A stretch of DNA of 64,000 nucleotides. It comes from Eledone cirrhosa. Lineage: Eukaryota. A program made the position numbers and the translations under genes. The stretch covers positions 23,126,001 to 23,190,000 of the forward strand of contig OZ024747.1 of the NCBI GenBank assembly GCA_964016885.1. The letters run 5' to 3'. The notes under the pieces were generated by a model, which had not been told where the DNA came from, did not search any database, and saw nothing but the letters and a program-made list of their open reading frames with translations. Shown in pieces: positions 38,836-53,745 of this stretch. Within the stretch, counting starts at the first letter, position 1, and each line of letters begins with the position of its first letter.

Positions 38836-39146
38836 TAATGAAATATTTTAAAGTTTATACATTTTTATTTATTCATATTGTTAACTTCTTATTTCCTAAA
38901 TTTTCTAAAGTCATCTCTTCATGTAAAAATTCAGTCAACATTTTTTCCCATTAAAGAAATTTACATTTTGTGTTTAAAAAATGCAAAGATAAGATACATG
39001 GCATATTTTCTTCAAACAAGATTTAAAACATTCTTTTCTAGTCATTTCACCCCTTAAATAAGTCTAAATTAATCTTTTATTGTGAAATTTCTGCCTGTCA
39101 ATTAAGATACTGTATAATTGAAGAAAAAGTTATTTTTTTTCTGCAG

Positions 39147-39212
39147 TATAAGTAAAGGGGGTTTCGTCAGCCGAAACAAACCCTGGAGAGACACAGTACT
39201 TCTTGAAAGAGG
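39147..39212 (+). CDS. Sulf1: Sulf coding exon 8 (ISKGGFVSRNKPWRDTVLLERG)
   Basis: Acceptor ttttttttctgcag; WRDTxLxERG closes the Sulf catalytic domain; donor GG|GTGAGT; phases fit both neighbours. Confidence 0.9.
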
Positions 39213-41382
39213 GTGAGTAATTGTTTATTTATTTTATTGGGAATAGATTAACATTTTTGTTTCCTATATGTACTAATTTATATTGATTTCCAATAAAACT
39301 AATATAACTTTTTAGTTCATCTCTTTAATATTGTTTTCTTAAATTCTTAATCTTTTGTAATACTTTTGATACTAACCGTCCCAAAACCATTTCTAGTTTG
39401 TGAAGTTTGATTCTTTGTAGCAGTCACTGGCCATTTTTTTCCATCCATAGGAGTATTTTACCCAATTTTCTAAGCAATTTTTTATAGCAACCAACTGTAT
39501 TTACAGATATTTCTGTGCCTGAGTTTCTTACATTTTCTAAAAACCACACATTTTAAAGAGTTCATGTTTAAATTAAATGTTCCAACATAATTCAATATAA
39601 GAACCTTTTGATATGTTACAAATACTATCGAAAACAATGAAGCAGTTATCACTCCAAATTCTTCATTAATTAATTCATAGACAATGGATTTCATTAGAAA
39701 TACAGTTGCAAATCAGAAGAATCCAGCAAGTCTGGTGCTCAGTACTATTCTCTCTAATGTTAAGTAGATGAGATAAATCTTTTTTCTGGCTAATATGTTA
39801 TCTGTTGCAGGTAATAATTCTCTGTAGAATAAATTGAACCTGCACAGCAAACCAATAAAAATCTCAATGTTGCTGATGCTCACAGCAGTTAATTTCACTA
39901 GTTAACTTAACTGTTAACATCTTGTTATAATGAATATCTAAGAATTGGTTTGTTAATTCAAATGTTTATAGTATTTTTACTAGTGGACAGATCATTGTAA
40001 ACATTTGTAGTATTAGAGTAAATACTTTAATTTTTAATGTGATCTAAGTCATAATGCTGCATCATAAGCACTTTTCAAGAATGTCTTGCTGATGTGGTTT
40101 CACATGATTTGTTAATTCAAATGTTTATAGTATTTTTACTAGTGGATAGATTGTTATCTAAGTTTGCAGTATTGTGATGCAGTCATAGTGTTGCATCATT
40201 TGTACTTTTCAAGAATGTCTTGCTGATGTAGTTTCATGTGGTACAACACGTTAAATAGAGTGAGCCATTGACACAAGGTAATGCCAATGACCAGGTACAA
40301 ACCGGTTGACCAATTAGTTTGAATTTTGTAATTGTCTCCCTTATCTATGATGGGAATTCTCATTAATGTTAATGATTTTTATTTTCATTAAAAATGTAAT
40401 TTTAATTGATGAAAATATTTTTGTAGTGTCCACTGTATTATGTGAGCCTTTACTTAAGTATTTGTTCTTCATGCAGAAGGTTTCTGTGGGGAATTTTCCA
40501 TGTGATTATTTTCAGTTACCTAATCAGTGAATGTTTTTCCTTAAAATCTTAAATATTTCCACATGTGGTAGTCTTCTTTAGAACTACAAATGTGTAAATA
40601 ATAGCTATAGTGTTGTGGTGATGGCAGCAGCAACTTTGACAGTGTTGATGCTTGAAAACATTAAGTATAAATGTAACAACAGAAAAGATATAATTATGAT
40701 AGATCCTGACATCTAACCATGGTCTAGAGATTATCTGGGATAGTATTCTTTTTGGATACAATTGATAATATATGCTGAAAACTGTATCCTGTTGATAAAT
40801 AGAATTGGATCTTGTATTAACTTAGCAACCACTCATTTAAAGTATTTCTAATTCTGCAGAGTAAGCTAAATCTCATAAGTTAAGAAGACACAATTTCTAT
40901 AAAGGATGTTTATTCAACAATTGAAGTAACTAAAAGAGAAATATGATTCCTTTTATATCTGTTGTTAAACAATAGAAAATGCCAAAAATTGTTCTTCACT
41001 GATCAAAGATATATGTGCGATTCTTCTCTACAAATATTATATAAGAAGAAAAATAACCATAAAGCATTTTCATCTGCAATTTAACTCTTTATGACCTGTA
41101 CCAAAATGGCAAGGCATTCTTGAAAAATACAAAACAGCACTATGACTGCATCACTTTAGAAATTAAAGTCTTTATTAGTTTACTGTAATGTTTTACAACA
41201 ATCTGTCCATTAGTAGTAAAGATATAAAAACGTCTGTTTTTAGATATGTTCTGCTAAACCATTACAATGTTTTACTTATTGTCTTGTGTGTGTGAGGAGA
41301 GTCTAGTTGGAATAAAGTATTACATTATCTATCTTTATATTTTGTAATAACATTCTTCCTTTCAATGATTGTTGGGTTTCAG

Positions 41383-41569
41383 AAAGATTTCCAAGAAAAT
41401 TCGAAAACAGATGCTGCGGCAAGAGAAAATGTTGGCTTGGTTTAGTAAAAGTGAACTACAAAAGAATGGCATCCGTAGTCCAGCTGTAAACTTCCAAATG
41501 TTCTCTGGAGCTGATCTTGTAGATCTATGTGAACGACCAGAATTTAAATCTCCTTGCAAGCCACGACAG
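41383..41569 (+). CDS. Sulf1: Sulf coding exon 9, start of basic hydrophilic domain (KISKKIRKQMLRQEK...LCERPEFKSPCKPRQ)
   Basis: Acceptor tttcag in phase 2; Lys/Arg-rich, with the C...PC.P.Q pattern of the Sulf hydrophilic domain; donor CAG|GTAAGT. Confidence 0.85.
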
Positions 41570-42268
41570 GTAAGTTACTTTTGTTTCAAAGATAAAATAA
41601 AATGAAATATATAAACATAGTTGTAATGACTGAACAGTTAAAGTCATTATTTCAAATCTTATTTCCAGGCAGGGTTACTTGTCTAAAAATGGATACCATT
41701 CTGACTTCATGTTTGAATGATTAATGTTATGAAAGTAATTGTTGTTGTTATTTGGAAAGAGTATCATGCTACTTGGCAGTTGCCACAAAATTTATGATTC
41801 ATTTGACAAAACACTCATGGATTTTTGAATTTGGTGGGAATAGAATTAGAGAAGAGATTGGATTTTAACTCTTAACATCTGGGAATGATTTAGAAGATAT
41901 CTTGAAATAGGTTTGTTAATTCAAATATTTATAGTATCTTTACTATTGGACAGATCTTTGTAGTATCAGAAAATTTGTAGTATTAGAACAAAGACTTCAA
42001 TTTTTAATGTGATGCAGTCATGGTGTTGTTTTGTATTTCCCAAGAATGTTTTGCTAATATGGTTTCATGTGGTATAGGACATTAAGAATTAAAGAGAAAC
42101 ATGATGGATTGTATCATCACCATATCAATTAACAAGATGGAAGTGTTTGACTCTAATTAATTGATGGAGTTGGAAAAGGATGATTATTCTTTCTAGATTT
42201 TTGCATTCTTTTGCATTTAAGTTATTGCATTCATTGTTATTTTAATTCAAAGAATTTATTTATCACAG

Positions 42269-42452
42269 GCTTGGGAATGTCGCTTTGAAAAAGGTGTACC
42301 TGAAATATTTAGATGTCGTACAAATCGTCCAAACTATATGCCAGGACTTCAGAATGATCCTGCTTGCATATGCCCTTCACCTAGACCTCGGAGCCAAGAT
42401 AAGTTGGAACGTTTAAACAACAGAAATTTCATCCGGTCTTACATTATTAAAG
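42269..42452 (+). CDS. Sulf1: Sulf coding exon 10 (AWECRFEKGVPEIFRCR...CICPSPRPRSQDKLERLNNRNFIRSYIIK); gene continues beyond the window
   Basis: Acceptor tatcacag; WxC and CxC motifs; donor G|GTAAGA; no stop reached and no later exon recognised up to 64000. Confidence 0.85.
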
Positions 42453-42587
42453 GTAAGAAACGTTTCACAATATTTTTCTACTTCAAAATATTTTTTTTAG
42501 AAATTAAGTTAATTTTTTATTTGGAGGAATATTCATTTTTTCTTCTTATTGAATATATGATTATTAACCCTTTAACATTTAAACCAA

Positions 42588-42862
42588 TACATGGCCTAAT
42601 GGTTAGGATGCTTGACACTGGATCGTAATGTCATTGGTTCAATTCCTGGACTGGCTGCTGCATTGTGTTCTTGAGCAAAACACTTTATTTCATATTGCTC
42701 CAGCACACTCAGCTAAGATGAGTACCAGCAGTAGCTGGGAAGTTAATCCTGCAATAGACCAGCATCCTATCCAGGGAGAAATTTATACTCAGTCACTTAA
42801 TGCCAAGGCAACCAGGGATAAGCACCAGCCCAATGAGCTTCTGGCATAGAATAGACTTTAAC
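42588..42862 (+). mobile_element. SINE family B copy
   Basis: CATGGCCTAATGGTTAGG...GGTTCAATTCC head; middle and 3' domain as in 22330. Confidence 0.8.
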
Positions 42863-44333
42863 TGTAACTCATTACTTCTTTACAATAATTCCATTTTATT
42901 CCAGTTATTTCTTGACATATGTTATTCTTACTACCTTCTTTTATTTTTTCTTCATTCTTTAAGCTTAAATATCTATTTCACCTGAGATTTCTCTTTCACA
43001 ATTAATATTTATTGCTCATAGTTCTCTGCCATATTTTTCTTAGCTTTCACAAACTAGATCTCTCCTAGAATATTTAAGGATTACAAAGATTAGTGATATA
43101 ACCTATAACTAGAAAATTCACTTAAAAATTAGACTACGTTAATTTCACTTCAATCCCTGTAGTTTATTTGTGGAGAGTCTGTTTTAATATCTTCATATTT
43201 TCATCATTTGTTTGTGGCAAAGCAATGCTGTAAGGCTGTAAAAGCTGTATATTAGAAAGAACATGAGGAGGAGAGAAATATAGCATAAAATGTCATTATG
43301 AAATACCACAGGACTCTTAGACATTATCATTATGTTACTTTACTTTTATCTGAATCTCTTTCTCTAGATTTCAATGTTTCTGTCTCTCTATCCCCTCCTC
43401 TCTCTTTGTTTTTGGATCTCTCTCTACCCCCTCCTTGTTTCTCTACTCTCTCTCTCTCTTTCTTTCTCTGTTGTTTTAATGTTTCCCTATTCTCTCTTTG
43501 TTTCTCTATCCTCTGACTGCTTTTTATGTCTCCCTTGCCTCTCTATTTCTCTGTTTTCCTCTATTATCTCCCTCTACTTCACTCTCTATCACTTTCATAG
43601 TTTAGTATTATATCTGCCACTAGAGACTCAAACTTGCCAGTTGCCTCCCTATTATGAAATACACAGTTCAGCTGTGTCTTCCTGTTCAGCTCTTACTTAT
43701 CTGTTTGTCTATTTATTTGTTTTAGCCAAAACTGAAGTTCTGTAAAACATGTCAGTGTTATCTTAACAGAGGTTTAAACAGGGTACAAGGGAGGGAGATA
43801 TGGTAGTGTTTGGTGTGTGTGGGGGATGTATGATGGAGGATAAGTTGACTGAGAAATGGTTTTCACACACCTACCTAGAGTAAAAGTGGACATAAAAGCA
43901 GTAAAGACCCTTTCTGTTTTAGTATTGTTTTGAGTGACACTCACTCCAAGGTTTCTGATTGATAGACACAGGGGTTTTTTCATCTATTCTTTGAATTAAT
44001 CTAGAAAAGAATAAGAATATATATATATATATATATGAAAAATGTGGGGAGAAGAATACTGCATGGTTGCACATGGATTACATATTATAAAATTAGTCCC
44101 TCATCAGTGATTTGCCAACGATCATTGGTATTTCATCGCATTAAAAATCATATACCTCACGTTGGTGCGAGCAATAACTAAAATAAGTTATTGAGACAAG
44201 TGAAACGCGTAAAGCGAGTGAGACAAGTAAACAACATGAAGGGAAGGCTAACCGAAGATGGGAAGAAAAGCAAGCAACATGGTTATTCGATCAGTATAAA
44301 CTGGGTGAATTCATGAGCGTGTAGGAAACAGAC

Positions 44334-44399
<66 letters not shown>

Positions 44400-44411
44400 A
44401 TAATTAATATG

Positions 44412-44835
44412 ATGGCTGACTGGGAGATAGAATGGTGAATGATGGGGTCCATAATTTTGAGGACAGACACATAGAGCACGAGAAGATCAAACGGGATGTG
44501 CGTAAGCAATGCCCTGGTGTATCTCTCTAAACGATAGGTGTCTCCATTGAATTGAAGTGGCCTGAGTGCGGAAAGATTTGTTTGAGCAAATCTGGTCTCA
44601 GGAGCCATAGTCGCAGCCATGTTCAAAGAGAACCAGTCAGTGAACTATGATCTCCATGGTGTTGTGAGGGTTCACAGGCAAACTGATGCAGGACCTCAAG
44701 CCAGGGAGATCCATAGTTGTTGTCAGTGTGCGAAGGAGTGCAAGTCTCTAGCAGGCTTAAAAAGCCATATCCGAGTGTCACAAATCTGAATCTGACAAGT
44801 GATTGCAATACTCTTGGCAGAGTTTGCAGCCGTCA
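44412..44835 (+). mobile_element. 3' fragment of a zinc-finger-bearing RTE-like LINE ending in (TA)n
   Basis: Hand translation gives VNDGVHNFEDRHIEHEKIKRDVRK, then xPECGKICLSKSGLRSHSRSH and CCQCAKECKSLAGLKSHIR (two C2H2-like fingers) with stops; ends GAGTTTGCAGCCGTCA(TA)n. Confidence 0.7.
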
Positions 44836-44966
44836 TATATATATATATATATATATATAAATGTAATCTGAGTTTTTCGAATATTAATAATAATATTCGA
44901 TTAGTTTGCAATTATGCAAACGAGCCTCATTTTTAAAGCCACACACATATATATATATATATATAA

Positions 44967-45156
44967 ATAATTGTTTCTACTTTAGGCACAAGGCCAGCAA
45001 TTACCCAGTGCATTACTGGTACTTTATTTTATCGACCCCGTAAGGATGAAAGCCAAAGTCAACCTCGGCGGGATTTGAACTCTGATCGTAAAGGGACGTA
45101 ACTATGCTGGAAAGCATGGCGTCCGACCCTCTACCGATACTGCCAATCCACCGCCC
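44967..45156 (-). mobile_element. SINE family D copy
   Basis: Near-identical to 35095-35286. Confidence 0.9.
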
Positions 45157-45504
45157 TAAATAATAAAATGTATATATGAACCTGCAAAGCAAATATTTAT
45201 TATTAGTACAGAAGATCCTGTAATAGGGTGAAAGCAGCGATTCTTTGCTTAAACTTTAATTTGTACTAATAATATATATACCTAAGAGACGAATCTTATC
45301 GAATAGAATGGACACAGCTTCAGTGGTCATTTCCTCACTCACCCAATAATCTAATTAAGTCTGTATTATTAAAATCCAAGCCCAACTGATTAGAGTGTAT
45401 ACATACGTTAATCAGTGAGGAGGACGACTTTGTGTGGGTTGGAAAATGCATCAGTTTCTACGATTCCAATCTTAAGGGATCAAGCATGTACAGAAAGTTA
45501 GGTA

Positions 45505-45933
<429 letters not shown>

Positions 45934-46801
45934 TCATCATCATGATCATCACCGTTTTACGTCCGTTCTTCTACGCTAGCATGGGTTAGACGGGTTTTCC
46001 TGTTGTGTGCAGTGTCTGGTCGGCTGACCATGCCTTGCTCATACAGGAACTGATCTGGCTTGATTTCTACAGCTGGATGCCCTTCCTAACACCAACCTCA
46101 TTTACAGTGAGTGCTGGGTGCTTTTTTGTGGCGCCTACACGTCCACTTTACAGTGTGGGCTGGGTGCTTTTTTGCCGTGGCACCTCCACGACCACCATGC
46201 GGTGGGGGGGGGGGGGCATATTGTTTATATGCTTCAGCATGTACCCATGGGAGGTCGGGTACTCTGTATTACTGCGTGACGCCAGAAGTCACGGTCGTGT
46301 GTCATCACCTTGGAGAGGTGTAATTGGGTAAGGTCGGCTTTTATCACCTCATCCCAGGTCATCTTGGGTCTCCCCACTCCGCGGTTTCCATCAACTTCTA
46401 GTGCTCTGCACCTTTTTATGCAGCTGTCATCCTTCATACGCAGTCTCTCTCTCAATTCATTTATGCTTTGCCGTTCGCGTATATTACTGTTACACATCCA
46501 TCGGAGCATGCAGGCTTCGTTTCTCTCTAATCTACGTAAGTCTTCCACCTTCAGCGCCCAGGTCTCACTACCATGCAACATCGCTGTTCGGATACACGCA
46601 TCATACAGTCTGCTTTTCATTCTGAGGGAGAAGCCTTTTGCAGCTAGCAGTGGCAGTAGTTCCCTAAACTTCTTCCATCCCGTTCTTACCCTAGTTATTG
46701 TACTTTCTGAACACCCACCTCCGTTGCTAATTCGGTCACCTAGGTAGCAGAAGCTGTCTACTGTTTCTACAGGGCCCTCCCAGAGATTGGTGGTACTTGT
46801 T
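45934..46801 (-). mobile_element. 5'-truncated RTE LINE, close relative of 18127-19327, with a 63-nt in-frame deletion
   Basis: ORF 46620..46234 matches the 18556 ORF except for 21 missing residues; same 3' UTR and (CAT)n tail on the + strand. Confidence 0.93.
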
Positions 46802-46859
46802 TATATATATATATATATGTATATATATATGTATGTATATATATATGTATATATATATG

Positions 46860-47452
46860 TGGTGCTACTGGTAACATGTATCCCAGTACAACCTGTCTCA
46901 TGGTCGGGTCGTTGGCGACTAAACTGGCAACCCCACCAAGGTTTCTTGGTGAGGAGGGTGACTTTGGACATCCTGCAGGACTAAAAACAAAACCTGTTAA
47001 AGGGCAAAGGAGCTCTTAAGAGTCAATGGCCATCCAAAATCACCGGGAGAGATGACCCCTTAGCCTTTGTCAAGGCAGAATTCTAGGAGAAGGAAAACTC
47101 TGATATAACACCTGCAACCCTGATGGTATCCAATGATGTTGACTTGTTCTTCTTTTTGGTAAATATCATCTTGGTTAAGAGAGTGGGACTGGCTTTGTGC
47201 AGTGCCTTTGCTCACTATAAAAGCTTCACGGCACAGGCATTGCTTTATATCTGGAGATCTCTGCACTTGTCGTCACAGGGTACCATGGGCCCAGCACTAT
47301 GTGTCAATAATTGTCACAAGTGTAGTGTTTGTACCAGAGTTTTCAAGTCGCTGGCTGGAATAAAAAGTCACATTCGTTCAGCGCATCGGTAGGGATTCTC
47401 CTACATGGATATAAAGTAGTGGCCGTACTCGAAAACGAGTTGGCAGCCACCA
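46860..47452 (+). mobile_element. Non-autonomous ~600-bp retroelement (putative RTE 5' UTR joined to a zinc-finger 3' end), copy 1
   Basis: Near-identical inverted copy at 57697-58306; 3' part encodes [22 protein letters not shown]; ends GAGTTGGCAGCCACCA(TA)n like the 44412 LINE. Confidence 0.8.
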
Positions 47453-47546
47453 TATATATATGTATGTATATATATATGTATATATATATATATGTATATA
47501 TATATGTATATATATATGTATGTATATATATATGTATATATATATG

Positions 47547-47577
<31 letters not shown>

Positions 47578-47580
47578 CTG

Positions 47581-47655
<75 letters not shown>

Positions 47656-47680
47656 GTATATATATATGTATATATATATG

Positions 47681-47711
<31 letters not shown>

Positions 47712-47796
47712 GTATATATATATGTATGTATATATATATGTATATATATATATATGTATATATATATGTATATATATATATATGTATATATATATG

Positions 47797-47849
<53 letters not shown>

Positions 47850-47880
47850 GTATATGTATATATATATGTATATATATATG

Positions 47881-47937
<57 letters not shown>

Positions 47938-47997
47938 GTATATATATATGTATATATATATGTATATATATATGTATATATATGTATATATATATGT

Positions 47998-48029
<32 letters not shown>

Positions 48030-48102
48030 GTATATATATATGTATATATATATATATATGTATATATATATGTATATATATATATATATGTATATATATA
48101 TG

Positions 48103-48169
<67 letters not shown>

Positions 48170-48170
48170 G

Positions 48171-48201
<31 letters not shown>

Positions 48202-48252
48202 GTATATATATATATGTATATATATATGTATATATATATGTATATATATATG

Positions 48253-48287
<35 letters not shown>

Positions 48288-48316
48288 GTATATATATATA
48301 TATGTATATATATATG

Positions 48317-48383
<67 letters not shown>

Positions 48384-48650
48384 GTATATATATATATGTA
48401 TATATATATATATGTATATATATATATGTATATATATATATATGTATATATATATATGTATATATATATATATGTATATATATATATGTATATATGTATA
48501 TATATATATATATATGTATATGTATATATATATATGTATATATATATGTATATATATATGTATATATATATGTATATGTATATATATATATGTATATATA
48601 TATGTATATATATATGTATATGTATATATATATATGTATATATATATATG

Positions 48651-48681
<31 letters not shown>

Positions 48682-49098
48682 GTATATATATATATGTATA
48701 TATATATATGTATATATATATATGTATATATATATATGTATATATATATATGTATATATATATATGTATATATATATATGTATATATATATATGTATATA
48801 TATATATGTATATATATATATGTATATATATATATGTATATATATATATGTATATATATATATGTATATATATATATGTATATATATATATGTATATATA
48901 TATATGTATATATATATATGTATATATATATATGTATATATATATATGTATATATATATATGTATATATATATATGTATATATATGTATATATATATATG
49001 TATATATATGTATATATATATATGTATATATATGTATATATATATATGTATATATATGTATATATATATATGTATATATATATATGTATATATATATG

Positions 49099-49143
<45 letters not shown>

Positions 49144-49160
49144 GTATATATATATATATG

Positions 49161-49207
<47 letters not shown>

Positions 49208-49238
49208 GTATATATGTATATGTATATATGTATATATG

Positions 49239-49332
<94 letters not shown>

Positions 49333-49623
49333 TATATGTATGTATATATATATGTATATATATATATATACGTATATATGTATGTATATATATATGTATA
49401 TATATATATATACGTATATATGTATGTATATATATATGTATATATATATATATACGTATATATATGTATATATATATGTATATGTATATATATATGTATG
49501 TATATATGTATATATATATATATATATGTATGTATATATGTATATATATATATATATATGTATGTATATATGTATATATATATATATATATGTATGTATA
49601 TATGTATATATATATAAATATGT

Positions 49624-49654
<31 letters not shown>

Positions 49655-49887
49655 TGTATATATATATATGTATATATATATGTATGTATATATATATATG
49701 TATATATATATGTATGTATATATATATATGTATATATATATATGTATATATATATGTATGTATATATATATATGTATATATATATGTATGTATATATATA
49801 TACGTATATATATATATGTATATATATATGTATGTATATATATATGTATGTATATATGTATGTATATATATATGTATATATGTATGT

Positions 49888-49925
<38 letters not shown>

Positions 49926-49946
49926 GTATGTATATATATATATGTA

Positions 49947-49982
<36 letters not shown>

Positions 49983-50434
49983 TATATATATATATATATA
50001 TGTATGTATATATATATATATGTATATATGTATGTATATATATATATATATATGTATGTATATATATATATATGTATGTATATGTATATATGTATGTATA
50101 TATATATATGTATGTATATGTATGTATATATATATATATGTATATGTATGTATGTATATATATGTATGTATATGTATATATGTATTTATATGTGTATATA
50201 TATATGTATGTATGTATGTATATATATATATGTATGTATGTATATATATATATGTATGTATATGTATATATGTCTATATATATGTATGTATGTATATATA
50301 TATATGTATGTATATGTATATATGTCTATATATATGTCTATATATATGTATATGCATATATGTATATACATGTATATGCATATATGTATATATGTATATA
50401 TATATATGTATATATATGCATATATGTATATGCA

Positions 50435-50487
<53 letters not shown>
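47453..50487. repeat. ~3-kb interrupted (TA)n/(TATG)n array
   Basis: Read directly from the sequence. Confidence 0.95.
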
Positions 50488-50489
<2 letters not shown>

Positions 50490-50832
50490 AGGCACATCGC
50501 TTAGTGGTTAGAGCATTGGCCTTACAATCGAAAGGTTGTGAGTTCAATTCTCAGACCGGGTGATGTGTTGTTTCCTTGAGCAAGACACTTTATTTCACAT
50601 TGCTCCAGTTTACTCAGCTGTAGAAATGATGATAGGGACTGGGGTCCATATCATTCCACTGTAAAGTGGTCGTGGAGGTGCCACGGCAAAAAAGCACCCA
50701 GCACTCACTGTAAATGAGGTTGGTGTTAGGAAGGGCATCCAGCTGTAGAAATCAAGCCAGCATCAGTTTCCGTCCCACCCCTTTCAAGCAGGGAAAAAGC
50801 GGACATAAAATGATGATGATGATGATGATGAT
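50488..50832 (+). mobile_element. tRNA-derived SINE family A (tRNA head, CORE-like middle, RTE-shared 3' part)
   Basis: A box TAGTGGTTAG, B box GAGTTCAATTC; middle CCTTGAGCAAGACACTT...CTCCAGTTTACTCAGCTGTAGAAATG; 3' part matches 19040-19320; (GAT)n tail. Confidence 0.9.
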
Positions 50833-50940
50833 ATATGTATATATATATATGTATTATATATATATGTATGTATATATATCTATATATATATATATATATA
50901 TATCTATATATATATATATATATCTCTCTATATATATATG

Positions 50941-50973
<33 letters not shown>

Positions 50974-51285
50974 GTATTATATATATATGTGTATGTATAT
51001 ATATCTATATATATATGTATGTATATATATCTATATATATATGTATGTATATATATCTATATATATATGTATGTATATATATCTATATGTATGTATATAT
51101 ATCTATATGTATGTATATATATCTATGTGTATGTATATATATCTATGTATATGTATGTATATATATATCTATATATATGTATATGTATATCTATATATGT
51201 ATATGTATATGTATGTATATATATGTATATGTATGTATATATATCTATATATATATGTATATGTATATATGTATATGTATATGTA
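50833..51285. repeat. (TA)n/(TATG)/(TATC) array
   Basis: Read directly from the sequence. Confidence 0.95.
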
Positions 51286-51699
51286 CAATCACTTGATCAC
51301 CTATAGATCGGGGGAACACACAAGCCAGGTAGATTATATCCTTACCAGAAGACGTGACAGAGTGTCTGTTGTTAACACTAAATCCCTCCCCCATGAAGAA
51401 TTCACCTCCCAACATAGACTGATAATTAGCGACCTCATAGTCAGGACGAGACGTACTAGACAGCGGAAGAGGACTATCCTCAGGAGAAAAATATGGAAGC
51501 TAAAGGACCCCATGGCCAGAAATAAATTTCAAAGCATATTACTTGATGCTTTCGACAGTAAGGAAGAGCAATTAGAGTCGTACAATATAGTGAACAGTGG
51601 GAATTCCTGAGAGCAAACCTGCTGACGGCGGCAGACGAAGTCTGTGGCTGGAGCAGGCCTGTAGGTAGGAGGAGAGTAACATGGTGGTGGAACAGTAAG

Positions 51700-53745
51700 G
51701 TGGAGGAGTCAATTAAGGCCAAAAAGCTGGCTTGGAAAGTATGGCGGGATGGGGGAAGTAGAGAAGACTATCAAGTGGCCAGGAGGGAAGCTAGGAGACA
51801 AGTGTACTTCGCAAGAAGGGAAGCAGAGGAAAGAAAGTTCAAGCATCTTCTACAACGTGAGGACCAAAAACGTGAGGTGTTAAGGATTGCTAGGCAATGT
51901 GTCAAGGAAAACCGTGATATTGTCGGGGAGAAGTGTGTACTTAACGATGATGGCATACTTGCTATCACCGCTGCTGATAAGAAGGTAGCTTGGAAGTGTC
52001 ACTACGAGAGGCTTCTAAATGAGAAGAATAAATGGGAGAAAGACAGTCTCCCCCACATCGACCCAATAGAGGGACCAGCAGTGTTAGTCGAGGGTAGTAC
52101 AATAAGTAAGGCAATCAAAGATATGAAGACGGGTAAGGCGGCTGGGCTTTCGGAAATAGTTGCTGAGATGCTGAAGGCATCTGGTTCGGTGGGACACACC
52201 ATGGTCACCCGGATAGTTAACCAAGTCGTACAGAATGGGGTCGTTCCGAAGGACTGGCGTAGCAGCATCATCGTTAACTGCTATAAGGGAAAAGGAGATG
52301 CCCTAGATAGGAGTAACTATAGAGGCATTAAATTAATCGACCAGGTCATGAAGGTCACGGAAAAAGTAATAGCGCAACTAATCAGAGAGAGAATTGATCT
52401 AGATGAAATTGCAGTTCGGGTGTCTGTGTCAGGTAAAAGTACCACAGACGCTCTTTTCATTGTACGACAACTACAGGAGAAGTACCTAGCTAAAAGTAAA
52501 CCCCTATACTTAGCTTTTGTCGACTTGGAGAAAGCCTTCGACAGAGTCCCCCGTTCCATTATCTGGTGGGCTCTTAGAAAACTAGGTGTTGACGAATGGC
52601 TTGTGAGAGCCATACAAGCCATGTATAAAGAAACAGTCAGTAAGGTTAGAATTAACAACAAATATAGTGAAGAGTTTAGCGTAAAAGTTGGTGTCCATCA
52701 GGGCTCTGTTCTTAGCCCCCTACTATTTATTATTGCCCTTCAGGCTATAACAGAGGAGTTCAAGACCGGCTGCCCATGGGAACTCCTATACGCAGACGAT
52801 CTAACGCTCATAGCTGAATCAATGACCGAACTAGAGAAGAAATTCCAAACATGGAAGCACGGCCTAGAATCAAAAGGCCTTAAAATTAACCTGGCTAAGA
52901 CTAAAGTTCTAGTTTGTAGGGAAGAAAATAAGGCGGCGGTCCCTTCCGGGAAATGGCCATGCTCAGTGTGTAGGAAAGGCGTAGGTAGAAACTCCATTTT
53001 ATGTCCCCAATACAAAGTATGGATGCATAAAAGATGTAGTGGGATCACAGGTAAGCTAACTAAGAACATAGATTTTACATGTGGCCGGTGCTCTGGTGCA
53101 ATAAGTAGCAGCAAGTGCCCACTAAATACTAGCTCTTTCAATTGCGCAGAGGGTTCTATAGAAATAGTGGACAGCTTCCGTTACCTGGGTGACAAAATCA
53201 GCAGTCGGGGAGGGTGCTCTGAAAGTACAGTAGCTAGAGTCAGAACTGGATGGAAAAAGTTCAGAGAGCTTATACCACTATTAGCCGCTAGAGGGTTCTC
53301 CCTAAAAATGAAAGGCAGGTTATACGATGCCTGCATACGAACAGCAATGCTGCATGGCAGTGAGACCTGGGCATTGTGTGCAGAGGATATATGCAGACTA
53401 GAGAGGAACGAAGCTTGCATGCTCCGCTGGATGTGCAATAGTAATATATGTGAACGGCTATGTATAAACGAACTAAGGAAAAAATTAGAAATAAGAGGGA
53501 TCAGATGTTGTTTACTCGAGAGAAGGCTACGTTGGTACGGTCACGTGATGCGCATGAAAGACGACAGCTGTATAACAAAGTGCAGGGCAATAAAGATAGA
53601 CGGTAGCCACGGAGTAGGCAGACCCAGAAAAACCTGGGACGACATGATAAATTCCGACCTCACACGCTTACACCTCTCCAAGACAATGTCACTGGACCGA
53701 GACCTTTGGCGGTACTCAGTAATAGAGAAGACCCGCCTTACCTAA
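51700..53745 (+). pseudogene. RTE reverse-transcriptase ORF remnant (681 aa) with an internal PHD-like Cys/His finger
   Basis: Supplied ORF with all RT motifs; lacks the N-terminus; QFG motif locally out of frame. Confidence 0.9.

Noticed and set aside
44150-44225. GAAACGCGTA after a hairpin, resembling the 3' half of a Penelope hammerhead
   Set aside because: No recognisable CTGANGA core or stem I upstream.
46860-46930. HDV-like ribozyme at the 5' end of the 600-bp element (hairpin, CTAA, ACTGG pairing with CCAGT)
   Set aside because: I could not build P1 and P3 with a canonical L3 by hand.
47123-47392. Host C2H2 zinc-finger gene
   Set aside because: A single finger in a repeated element; the second copy is frameshifted and the end matches a LINE tail.
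50488-50560. tRNA genes at SINE heads (also 22330, 24505 and 25805)
   Set aside because: A and B boxes run straight into SINE bodies; no complete cloverleaf or Pol III terminator.
47329-50563. ORFs of 762-1023 aa rich in Y, I, M, C and V (also at 45432-45989, 54711-56273, 58166-59717 and 60493-61438)
   Set aside because: They are translations of stop-free (TA)n/(TG)n microsatellites with no protein features.
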